Source of the DNA: a virus
Taxonomy: Duplodnaviria; Caudoviricetes
DNA: 56,523 nt
Strand: one strand, 5' to 3'
Virus record (IMG/VR): IMGVR_UViG_3300027749_000129
Span: 1 to 56,523 of that record
Each line of letters starts with the position of its first letter. Position 1 is the first letter of the stretch. Below, piece by piece: positions 1 to 8,067 of the stretch. The translations under genes and the position numbers were made by a program. A model generated the notes under the pieces. The model searched no databases. It was given only the letters and a program-made list of their open reading frames with translations, and was not told the DNA's origin.

Positions 1-40
1 AAAAAAAAAAAAAAAAAAAAAAATATTTATTTTCAGCCAG
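1..40. repeat. Poly-A tract, imperfect copy of the right-end sequence
   Basis: A-run then TATTTATTTTCAGCCAG; the right end reads A-run then TTTATTTTAAGCCAA. Confidence 0.6.
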
Positions 41-91
41 AATCCCTATGTAAACCGTGAAATTGAAAAGAGCTAAAAATGCCTCTAAACC

Positions 92-388
92 GTGTTAGGA
101 TTATATATATACTTAATGTTGGAGAAAAACATGTTGCGAGATGACCCTTCAATAGCCGGAGATTTGGCTAAGAAATTCAAACTTTCGTTTGGAGAGAATC
201 AACGCGCGCGCTACCCGTTTAAATGGATGGAAGTGGGAGACTATTTTCTGGTGCCGCCAGAGGTACCCGCTAACGCCATCAGGAGCGCGATACAATCTTT
301 CCATAGGAAGGCCACTCATACGCAGCATTTCTCTGTCAGGCAGGCTGTAGGAGCGCCTCACAGGTGGGTGTGCAGGAGGATCGCGTAA
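92..388 (+). CDS. Small putative DNA-binding protein (YPF-x-x-MEVGD-x-F family), paralog of 52308..52523; start may be ATG 131
   Basis: RYPFKWMEVGDYF...FSVR...RRIA matches KYPFKTMEIGDSF...FTVR...WRIQ; stop overlaps next start (TAATG). Confidence 0.65.
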   Translation: MLGLYIYLMLEKNMLRDDPSIAGDLAKKFKLSFGENQRARYPFKWMEVGDYFLVPPEVPANAIRSAIQSFHRKATHTQHFSVRQAVGAPHRWVCRRIA

Positions 389-1224
389 TGACTGCCGAAA
401 TACCAAAGAAAACCAGAGCCATGCCCTCGCCTAAACGCAGGGATATATTTGGCACACCGCCCATCTTGGAGACCAAGCTGCAGGCGCGACTGAATACCCC
501 CGTAAAGCCCCTTCGCAAGCAGAAGAAGATTGTGACTGCCAAGGAATGGAAATTTGTCATGGAGCTGGTTAGTGGGGACGGGCGCATAACGCAGAAGGAA
601 GCAGCCCTACGGGCTGGCTGGACGGAAACAACGGCAGCCGGTGCTGCAGGCAGGATGACAAGCCCCGTGAAGTCTCCGCACATCGTGGCGGCGATACAGG
701 AGTACCGTGCGCAGCTATCCGCCAAGTACAATTCTAGCTACGACAGGCACATGCGGGATATGCAGGATATTAGAGACGCTGCACTTGCGGCCGGAGCATA
801 CGGTGCGGCCGTTTCAGCGGAATACCGCCGAGGGCAGGCGCTGGGCACGATCTACGTAGATAGGAAGGAAATACGCGTGGGCACCATTGATACCATGGGC
901 AAGGACGAGGTAATGCAGAAGCTGGAGCAGTTACGCCAGTTATTTGGCGCGCCTGTGCGGTCCATTATTGATATGACGCCCGAGGAGATTATTGATAATA
1001 AGATTCAGCCGGACCCAAAACCTAGTTTGTTGGAGCAAATGGCGAATGACGAAAAGCTCAGAAGGATCACTCAGCAAGCGACTCAAGGCAAATATCCCGG
1101 GCTGCAACGTTATCAGGCTAGAATCGCGGGTAGGACTAGGGATACCGGATTGCCTGATAGCAATTCAGGGGAAGGGCTGGGTGACGGTGGAATTGAAGGT
1201 GGTGGCCCGGGGGAAGAAAATTAA
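388..1224 (+). CDS. terS: Terminase small subunit (putative)
   Basis: HTH-like TQKEAALRAGW followed by AYGAAVSAEYRRGQALG, typical of TerS proteins; coupled ATG at 388. Confidence 0.65.
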   Translation: MTAEIPKKTRAMPSPKRRDIFGTPPILETKLQARLNTPVKPLRKQKKIVTAKEWKFVMELVSGDGRITQKEAALRAGWTETTAAGAAGRMTSPVKSPHIVAAIQEYRAQLSAKYNSSYDRHMRDMQDIRDAALAAGAYGAAVSAEYRRGQALGTIYVDRKEIRVGTIDTMGKDEVMQKLEQLRQLFGAPVRSIIDMTPEEIIDNKIQPDPKPSLLEQMANDEKLRRITQQATQGKYPGLQRYQARIAGRTRDTGLPDSNSGEGLGDGGIEGGGPGEEN

Positions 1225-1453
1225 ACTTTCCCCCCATCAGATATCCTTCAATCTAAAAGCCGCCAGCATGGGAGTGCCGTGTTTCTTCCTTGTGGAATAC
1301 CATCCGCCCTTGCCTAAAAAACCCATTTTGTTGTTGTACCGTGGAGATCAGGCGCGTGAATTATATTTACATGGAGTGGAGACTGTACCAGTTGACAGTT
1401 GGCCGATAGTAGGTATTGAATGGGAGGCCGTAAGGCAGAGTTTAACAGAGTAA
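1046..1453 (+). CDS. VRR-NUC / Holliday junction resolvase-like PD-(D/E)xK nuclease
   Basis: SE...RLE...GIPD...VELK...LSPHQ motif order. Confidence 0.75.
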   Translation: MTKSSEGSLSKRLKANIPGCNVIRLESRVGLGIPDCLIAIQGKGWVTVELKVVARGKKIKLSPHQISFNLKAASMGVPCFFLVEYHPPLPKKPILLLYRGDQARELYLHGVETVPVDSWPIVGIEWEAVRQSLTE

Positions 1454-1474
1454 ATACATACAGGAGAGAGCAAG

Positions 1475-1873
1475 GTGCTTGGATATTATTGTGACCACTG
1501 TAAGGTGGTGTTATCGCGTGGGCAATTGATTGAAAAAATGGAAACGGACGTATGCGAGTTTTGGGGCGCGCCAGTGGTGCAACAAAGTATTGAGTTGTGT
1601 TGTCCCGATTGCATGGGAGAAGTTGAAGACCAGCCCAGTTGCAATGAATGCGGAGAACAGCCTGCAGCCGTGGGAAAAAATACGTGCATAACATGCACGG
1701 AAATTATCGCGTACATAGAGGACTATCCGGTCCATGCGCGCATGTACCGGAAAACGGAGACTTTTGTATATAGGACAGAAAAAAGTGCAGAGGAAAAGAA
1801 AGTGGGAGTGTTGAGTACACTGTTAAAACTTTCGGGGATGTTCATGCTTTCGCACTTATTTGGTAAAAAATAA
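1475..1873 (+). CDS. Hypothetical Cys-rich (zinc-binding) protein
   Basis: Four CxxC pairs (CDHC, CPDC, CNEC, CITC); ATACAGGAG RBS upstream of GTG. Confidence 0.55.
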   Translation: MLGYYCDHCKVVLSRGQLIEKMETDVCEFWGAPVVQQSIELCCPDCMGEVEDQPSCNECGEQPAAVGKNTCITCTEIIAYIEDYPVHARMYRKTETFVYRTEKSAEEKKVGVLSTLLKLSGMFMLSHLFGKK

Positions 1874-1950
1874 TATTTACTTTTTTACTCATATACCTTA
1901 TAAACGAGTTTGGCTGGAAATAGTTTCAGCTCATACAGGAGATTAAAAAA

Positions 1951-2739
1951 ATGAAAATTGAACAGATTATTGAAAGCAACACGCATGCGATTAAACGGCA
2001 GGCGGCTTACTGCGCAGAAAAAGAGGGCAAGGAAGTCTTGTATTTTCTCGCAACCGGCTGTGGAGTAATTTCCGAAGGTTATCGGAAAAGCCTCCGGCAA
2101 TATAAGTTTAAAACCGCTATAAAAAAACCGTCTTTTTTGACCGCTTTGACCGTCGTCAATTCCGGCGAAACGGTCAAATACAAGGGAAAGCACACGGGCT
2201 ATTCGCACACCTATAGCAGGTTTTTGTTGTACGTAAGCACTGCTAAAAAAACTGCGCTTGGCTGGGAATGGTCTACGCCGGCCCCACAAGGGGCCACGGG
2301 AAAAAATGCAGCGGCAACGCTTGCCACGCATGCCGCCGCTGCGGGGTGGACACTTGGCGAAAAACCAGTGCGCGGGGATGCCGAGCTTTTTTACCAGACT
2401 GCCAACCTTGATGGCAAAACCGCGCTGGTCGGCTATATCGCCCGGCGCGGGAAAGTTGATTTCCACGCCGCCACGGCGGCCGATGCATGCACCGGGCTGG
2501 AGATTAAAATTGAAAAGCTGGCCGCAGCACGCGCGGCCGCACCGGCAAAAAAACTGGCACCCGTGACGGCCGCCGGATTGCGCGATAAATTTGGATTCTG
2601 CCAGCAAGGGATTGAAACAACGGCCCGGGAACTCGGGCTTGATGTGCAGGGCACTTATACCAAGGGCGAGATTCTGGCAGCCGCGCGCGGCCGCACGTTA
2701 TCGCATGCCGCCGATTTTGCTTCCTTCAGGCGCTGGTAA
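1951..2739 (+). CDS. Hypothetical early protein
   Basis: 262-aa ORF with CAGGAG RBS and AT-rich leader. Confidence 0.7.
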   Translation: MKIEQIIESNTHAIKRQAAYCAEKEGKEVLYFLATGCGVISEGYRKSLRQYKFKTAIKKPSFLTALTVVNSGETVKYKGKHTGYSHTYSRFLLYVSTAKKTALGWEWSTPAPQGATGKNAAATLATHAAAAGWTLGEKPVRGDAELFYQTANLDGKTALVGYIARRGKVDFHAATAADACTGLEIKIEKLAAARAAAPAKKLAPVTAAGLRDKFGFCQQGIETTARELGLDVQGTYTKGEILAAARGRTLSHAADFASFRRW

Positions 2740-2772
2740 AAAAGTATTAAATTAGTTTGCAGCTAAAAAGTA

Positions 2773-2802
2773 TTGCGCTATCTATTAATATACTTTTATA
2801 CT
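2773..2802 (+). promoter_or_regulatory. Sigma70-like promoter
   Basis: TTGCGC-18 nt-TATACT in an AT-rich intergenic region. Confidence 0.5.
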
Positions 2803-2841
2803 GGCCATAGGCCATCCCGGCCAATACAGGAGATTTAAAAA

Positions 2842-3459
2842 ATGTTAATCGCTACTGATCGCGCGGCCGCCGTACATATATCCACCATGACTGGAAAACT
2901 GGCCGGAATTTCCGCAATAAATTCCAATACGCTCACGAATACCTTTTGCAGCAAGATGCGTGGCACTACTGCAATATGTAAATTCTGCTATAGCGCGGCC
3001 ATGTTGCAGGGTTCGCGAAAAAACTGCGCGCCAAGTTTTGAGCGCAATAGCGTGTTGCTCTCGGCCGCTCTTATTCCAGTGGACCGCATGCCGTACATAA
3101 ACGCGGCCATTTTCCGTTTTCATGGCCATGGTGAACTGATCAATTCGGTTCATCTTGAGAATATCTACCGGATCGCAGAAAAGAATCCAGCCACTACCTT
3201 TACGCTGTGGACCAAGCGCCGGGATTTAATCCGTACCGGGCGCGCCCGGCCGGATAATTTTATCCTGATATATTCTAATCCTTCACTGGATAAGGTTATG
3301 GCCACGCCCCCCGCCCGGTTTGATAAAGTATTTAATAACGTGCCGGCGGATTATGCCGGCCCGGCGAACTGCACGGGGCAAAAATGTATAGACTGCAGAA
3401 TCTGTTACACGCCGGGCGGCCAGTCTGTAGTCATTGAGCACGTAAAGAGGCGCAGTTAA
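2842..3459 (+). CDS. GP88-like Cys-cluster (radical-SAM-related) phage protein
   Basis: FCSKM...ICKFCY, FRFHGHGEL, TLWTKR and C-terminal C..CIDCRIC. Confidence 0.6.
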   Translation: MLIATDRAAAVHISTMTGKLAGISAINSNTLTNTFCSKMRGTTAICKFCYSAAMLQGSRKNCAPSFERNSVLLSAALIPVDRMPYINAAIFRFHGHGELINSVHLENIYRIAEKNPATTFTLWTKRRDLIRTGRARPDNFILIYSNPSLDKVMATPPARFDKVFNNVPADYAGPANCTGQKCIDCRICYTPGGQSVVIEHVKRRS

Positions 3460-3475
3460 AAAGTTGTAAATTAGG

Positions 3476-3505
3476 TTGCACTGTAAAAAAGTATTAGAGT
3501 AGACT
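3476..3505 (+). promoter_or_regulatory. Sigma70-like promoter
   Basis: TTGCAC-18 nt-TAGACT, with AAAAAGTATT in the spacer. Confidence 0.55.
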
Positions 3506-3571
3506 GCGAATCGCCGGGATAACTTGCCCGCCCCGGCCGGGCAACCGATCCACTGATACAGGAATACTGAT

Positions 3572-4672
3572 ATGAATATGCCAGCCAATGTTCTGACACA
3601 AGCCAATAAAGAATGGGCCAGCCGTCCGGCCGAAGAACGTTTTTTAAATCTGAACGCAATGCAGGAACATTTTGATTATGTACGCGATCACAGCCGCTCG
3701 GCTGTGGTATCAAGCCGCGCTGTTTATGCCAGACCCTCACCTGATAATCAGGGGTTGCTTATTGCAGGGCCATCCGGTGCCGAGTACAGCCCAACGCATC
3801 ATGCCTTCGGGCAGCTCGCCACTCTGGCCGGCGCGCCCGCCGGCTACCTGCGGCAGCTCCCCGCCCCGATGGCCGCAGACTGTATCAACTACGGCCTGCA
3901 AGTCGATAGGGATATCGAAGACGTTGGCCTACTGTTAACTCGCAATGGTGGCGCGCCGGTAATCCGGGCGGCCACTGGTCCACGTTATGGAAGGGTGTGG
4001 AATTCGGATGTTATCCGCGCCCTGCGCGACCGGTTCGGCGATGGCGTAACGGGTGCTTTCCGCGTGCCCGGCGAATTCGGCCAGCGCGTTGAAGTTACCG
4101 GGGCGAATACCACCCTTTATGCATCGGACCAAGACTGTTTCGTTTTCCTCGCCGATGAGCAAAACAGGATTGTGGTGCCCGGCCGCCGCGACGGCCAGTC
4201 TGGCACACTGGCAAGGGGCTTTTTTGTCAGCAACTCCGAAGTCGGTGCCGGCAGTCTGAAAATCAGAACTTTCCTTTTTGACTATGTATGCAGCAACCGG
4301 ATTGTTTGGGGGGCCGACAATGTTCAGGAGTTGAGCATAAGGCATACAGCCAGTGCGCCAGATCGTTTTCTGGAACAGGTGCAGCCCGCCCTGCTGGAAT
4401 ATGCGCAGTCCAGCGCCGCCGGGATTGAGCTGACCCTCAAAAATGCGCAAGCGCTGAAACTGGACAAGGTCCAAGAATTTTTAGCTAAACGTTTTGGACC
4501 GCGCGTAGCGGCGAAGATTGAAGCGGCGCACGTGCTGGATGAAGGCCGCCCGATTGAGACAGTGTGGGATGCGGTGACAGGAGCCACGGCGTATGCGCGC
4601 ACGATTGCATACACTGCCGCCCGCGTGGAGTTTGAGGCCGCAGCCGGCGATATGCTGAAGCTGGCCGCGTAA
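3572..4672 (+). CDS. DUF932-like phage/plasmid protein
   Basis: HHAFGQLATLAGAPAGYL, GFFVSNSEVGAGS, YVCSNRIVWG, IRHT motifs. Confidence 0.7.
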   Translation: MNMPANVLTQANKEWASRPAEERFLNLNAMQEHFDYVRDHSRSAVVSSRAVYARPSPDNQGLLIAGPSGAEYSPTHHAFGQLATLAGAPAGYLRQLPAPMAADCINYGLQVDRDIEDVGLLLTRNGGAPVIRAATGPRYGRVWNSDVIRALRDRFGDGVTGAFRVPGEFGQRVEVTGANTTLYASDQDCFVFLADEQNRIVVPGRRDGQSGTLARGFFVSNSEVGAGSLKIRTFLFDYVCSNRIVWGADNVQELSIRHTASAPDRFLEQVQPALLEYAQSSAAGIELTLKNAQALKLDKVQEFLAKRFGPRVAAKIEAAHVLDEGRPIETVWDAVTGATAYARTIAYTAARVEFEAAAGDMLKLAA

Positions 4673-4688
4673 ACTACCTGCAGTAATC

Positions 4689-4718
4689 AAAGCCCGGCCG
4701 GTCGCCGGGCTTTTTTTT
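4689..4718 (+). terminator. Rho-independent terminator
   Basis: AAAGCCCGGC-CGGTC-GCCGGGCTTT followed by a T run. Confidence 0.85.
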
Positions 4719-4769
4719 GTCCAGGGTAATAGGACAACCATATTGACCTATCATGACGTATCAGGATGC

Positions 4770-5060
4770 GCACGGCGTGCACGGCGTGAGCACGGCGGCC
4801 CGGCTTAATATGCGCCCGGCCGCTACTTTCCGTACTTGGCCACGTTCCGTGGCCAATGCTCCCCCCTACGCAATGCATAGCGCTGTGGACCCGGTACGCG
4901 GCCCATGGCGCACGATCGCGCCATGGCCAATGCACTAGTCGCGGGTACCCGGTACGCGGCCCATGGCGCGCGTCCAGTGAACCGTGGACCGTGGCCGCCG
5001 GTCCCGGGTCCCTAGCCCGGCTATTGCACCGTGGACCGTGGCCAACGGACCCCGGACCCC
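4770..5060. repeat. GC-rich non-coding repeat region rich in CCRYGG words
   Basis: 23-bp direct repeat ACCCGGTACGCGGCCCATGGCGC (4889-4911, 4947-4969); 16-bp ACCGTGGACCGTGGCC (4981-4996, 5028-5043). Confidence 0.75.
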
Positions 5061-5291
5061 TAAAAATTGGCCCCGGGGGGGGAGACGCGGAGGCAAAAGC
5101 CCGATTTTGCACAATCAAAACGGTCTGAAACGGAATTGATATTTCATGGGGGGGATTTCCCTGCAGGAATGTTTCACGTGTTACATTCCTTGAAAATAGG
5201 CCCCCTATGTTTAGAAAGCAAAACCGGTATAAATTTTTGCGCAATTTTTTGTCACTTGCGTTCCACGGTAACGGAAGGTAGACTGTTTGCC

Positions 5292-5666
5292 ATGACCCTT
5301 GATCCGCGATGCTGCCCCTGTGGTAATCCTCTCCGCCCCTTGCAGCGCAACTGCCTGTCGTGCCATGCCTTGTCCATGCGGAAATACCGTGCGTCCACCC
5401 CCTTGTCAGACGTCCAGCGGGCCAAGGACAATTGTCGGAGTTACGCGCATGTGTACCTTCGTCGTGGCAAGCTAACCCGTGAGCCATGTTCCGTCTGTTC
5501 AAACCCCGTGGCCCAGATGCATCATGCTGACTACGCGAAGCCTTTGCAGATAACGTGGTTGTGCAGACTTTGTCATTTGGCATTGCACAAGACTAAGGCA
5601 GTTGTGCCCAAGCGGCGGCTAGATGTTGCCCAGCGGGATCCTTTTGCACTAGAGACGTCTGTATGA
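5292..5666 (+). CDS. HNH-like zinc-binding endonuclease directly upstream of terL
   Basis: CSVC...HHADYAKPLQITWLCRLCHLALH; ATGA overlap with terL; in-frame ATG at 5292 chosen over 5067. Confidence 0.65.
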   Translation: MTLDPRCCPCGNPLRPLQRNCLSCHALSMRKYRASTPLSDVQRAKDNCRSYAHVYLRRGKLTREPCSVCSNPVAQMHHADYAKPLQITWLCRLCHLALHKTKAVVPKRRLDVAQRDPFALETSV

Positions 5667-8023
5667 CAAACCCTGCAATGTCTGTTGAGTCGGAGTCGGA
5701 GGTATTACGACTTGAGTTACGTCTGGCCCAGATAGAGGCCCAGAGCCGTGCGAAGCGGAACTTTATCGACTTTGCCAAATATGTGTGGCCTGAAGCGATA
5801 TTGGGTAACCACCACCAGAAGATGGCGTCGGCGTTTGACAGGATTGCCAATGGCACGTTGAAGCGTTTGATTGTCAACATGGCACCTCGGCACACGAAGA
5901 GTGAGTTCTCATCCTATCTGTTGCCTGCGTTTATCATGGGCCGTGGCCCGCGAACCAAGATCATTCAAGCGACGCACACGGGGGAGTTGGCGGTACGGTT
6001 TGGTCGTAAGGTGAGGAACCTTATGGATTCTGACTCGTACAAGCAGTTGTTTCCGGGATCGGAGTTGAAGGCTGACAGCAAGGCGGCGGGTCGGTGGGAC
6101 ACGAGTGAGGGTGGGGAGTACTTTGCTGTGGGTGTGGGGGGTGCGATGACGGGCCGTGGTGCGGACTTGTTGATTATTGACGACCCGCATTCGGAGCAGG
6201 ATGCGATGTCGGCATTGGCATTGGACAATGCGTGGGAGTGGTACAGCTCTGGTCCTCGGCAGCGATTGCAGCCGGGCGGGGCAATTGTGATTGTGATGTG
6301 CATGACGGGGGATACTCTGGTTTTGATGTCAGATGGGACACAGACGCCCTTATCTGAAATACGGCCCGGGGATAAGGTAGCTACTTTTGAAAAAGGGAGG
6401 CTAGCCACGGCTAGGGTTAATAACTGGAAGTCAAATGGTTATGACTCCATAGCCAAGATACAAACACAATCTGGTAGAATACTTCGTGCGAATGCAAGAC
6501 ATCCTTTTCTTGTAATGAATGCGGGAGTGTTGGAATGGAAACGAGTAAGCCAGTTGAGAGTGGGGGACGAACTTGTAGTATTGAAGGGTGCAATAGGCCT
6601 CCCAGATCAAAAACAAAACTTGGCAAGTGTGGACCCTGCCAAGCAAGTGCTAGTTACCACCGAAAAAACCCAGACGCTCCATACCACCCCCTTGGCCACC
6701 ACGGCAAATGGAAAGGAAAGACCTGCGGATGCGGTGAACCCGTGCTCTGCAAGGGGTTCTGTGTTAAATGCTACCGAGACCACTATCCCCGTTCAAAGAG
6801 AGCACCCGAGCAAAGCCGCGCCTTGCGTATCAAGTACCGGTATGGAATCACTGTTGGACAATATGAGTGGATGGTTCAAGAGCGTCAAAACCGTTGTGAT
6901 GTCTGCGGTGAAGCGCCTTCAGATAGAAACACTCGGGCGCATTGGAACGGCAAGCTTTGTATTGACCACGACCACGACACGGGAGCAGTGCGAGGACTCC
7001 TGTGCAATGACTGCAACCTCGCCATCGGATATGGCAAGACGCCAGAGGTACTCGAACGAGCTGCAGAGTATCTCCGACTTCACAATCGATCCAATAGCCT
7101 CGATCCTACCTGATGGTAAGGAAGAGGTTTTTGATGTTGAGATTGATAGGACAGGTAATTTCATTGCCAATGGGGTAGTTAGTCACAATACTCGATGGGG
7201 CACGAAGGACCTGACAGCGAGGCTGATCAAATCGCAGTCCAGCCATAATGCTGACCGCTGGGAAGTTATTGAATTCCCTGCCATTTTACCATCAGACAAG
7301 CCCCTTTGGCCAGAGTTTTGGAAGTATGAGGAGTTGATGGGGGTAAAGGCTTCGTTGTCCCCGCAGAAGTGGCAGGCGCAGTGGCAGCAGCAGCCGAGCA
7401 ATGACGAGGGGGCCATTCTGAAGCGGGAGTGGTGGAAGCGTTGGGAGAAGGATTACACGCCTAACCTTGAGTATGTGATTCAGTCGTATGACACGGCGTA
7501 CTCGAAGAAGGAGACGGCTGACTTTTCGGCGATCACGACGTGGGGGGTGTTTTACCCGGATCAGGACAGTGGGGCGCACATCTTGTTGTTGAACGTGAAG
7601 AAGGGCCGGTGGGACTTCCCGGAGTTGAAGCGTGTGGCGAAGGAAGAGTATATCTATTGGCAGCCGGACAATGTGTTGATCGAGGCCAAAGCAACGGGGA
7701 CCACGCTCCAGCAGGAGTTGAGGAAGATGGGGATTCCTGTGACGATGTACTCGCCGGGCGGCAGGCGCGCGGGTCAGGACAAGGTATCGAGGGCCAATGC
7801 GATTGCGACGATATTGGAGTCGGGGATGGTATGGGCACCGGACACTGACTGGGCGGACGAGTTGATTGAGGAGTGTGCGGCGTTCCCGAACGGGGACAAC
7901 GACGACTTGGTGGATTCGATGGTGATGGCGCTGATGCGTTTCAGGGCGGGTAACTTCATTAGTTTGTTGGTGGACGAGGACGATGTGCCGCGTAACGAAG
8001 GTATTGTACCGGAGTATTATTAA
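5663..8023 (+). CDS. terL: Terminase large subunit, intein-containing
   Basis: Walker A NMAPRHTKS, Walker B LLIIDDP, coupling motif IVIVM|TRW split by the intein, nuclease motifs SYDTA, IEAKATG, DDLVDS. Confidence 0.95.
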   Translation: MTNPAMSVESESEVLRLELRLAQIEAQSRAKRNFIDFAKYVWPEAILGNHHQKMASAFDRIANGTLKRLIVNMAPRHTKSEFSSYLLPAFIMGRGPRTKIIQATHTGELAVRFGRKVRNLMDSDSYKQLFPGSELKADSKAAGRWDTSEGGEYFAVGVGGAMTGRGADLLIIDDPHSEQDAMSALALDNAWEWYSSGPRQRLQPGGAIVIVMCMTGDTLVLMSDGTQTPLSEIRPGDKVATFEKGRLATARVNNWKSNGYDSIAKIQTQSGRILRANARHPFLVMNAGVLEWKRVSQLRVGDELVVLKGAIGLPDQKQNLASVDPAKQVLVTTEKTQTLHTTPLATTANGKERPADAVNPCSARGSVLNATETTIPVQREHPSKAAPCVSSTGMESLLDNMSGWFKSVKTVVMSAVKRLQIETLGRIGTASFVLTTTTTREQCEDSCAMTATSPSDMARRQRYSNELQSISDFTIDPIASILPDGKEEVFDVEIDRTGNFIANGVVSHNTRWGTKDLTARLIKSQSSHNADRWEVIEFPAILPSDKPLWPEFWKYEELMGVKASLSPQKWQAQWQQQPSNDEGAILKREWWKRWEKDYTPNLEYVIQSYDTAYSKKETADFSAITTWGVFYPDQDSGAHILLLNVKKGRWDFPELKRVAKEEYIYWQPDNVLIEAKATGTTLQQELRKMGIPVTMYSPGGRRAGQDKVSRANAIATILESGMVWAPDTDWADELIEECAAFPNGDNDDLVDSMVMALMRFRAGNFISLLVDEDDVPRNEGIVPEYY
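6299..7189 (+). mobile_element. Intein in TerL (297 aa)
   Basis: Block A CMTGDTLVLMSDG, block B LRANARHPF, block F/G VFDVEIDRTGNFIANGVVSHN followed by Thr; removal restores IVIVMTRWG. Confidence 0.92.
6535..7113 (+). CDS. Endonuclease VII-like homing endonuclease, overprinted in a shifted frame inside the TerL intein
   Basis: KYRYGITVGQYEWMVQERQNRCDVC...IDHDHDTGAVRGLLCNDCNLAIG; GGGAG at 6523-6527, 7 nt before ATG; offset +2 from the terL frame. Confidence 0.88.
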   Translation: METSKPVESGGRTCSIEGCNRPPRSKTKLGKCGPCQASASYHRKNPDAPYHPLGHHGKWKGKTCGCGEPVLCKGFCVKCYRDHYPRSKRAPEQSRALRIKYRYGITVGQYEWMVQERQNRCDVCGEAPSDRNTRAHWNGKLCIDHDHDTGAVRGLLCNDCNLAIGYGKTPEVLERAAEYLRLHNRSNSLDPT

Positions 8024-8067
8024 CCCGTAGAATGGGGCGAAGTCTTCATTCTTTGAAAGGCAAGCCT

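Noticed and set aside
4687-5291. ORFs 4687..5583(-), 4753..4938, 4856..5128 and the 5' extension of 5067..5666
   Set aside because: Arg/Gly/Pro-rich translations of a GC-rich repeat tract with no RBS or motifs.
6299-7189. Group I intron or programmed frameshift explanation for the terL and polA insertions
   Set aside because: Both insertions are in-frame multiples of three with complete intein blocks and nucleophilic +1 residues. The terL nested ORF has its own RBS and an upstream in-frame stop, and I found no convincing in-phase slippery heptamer.
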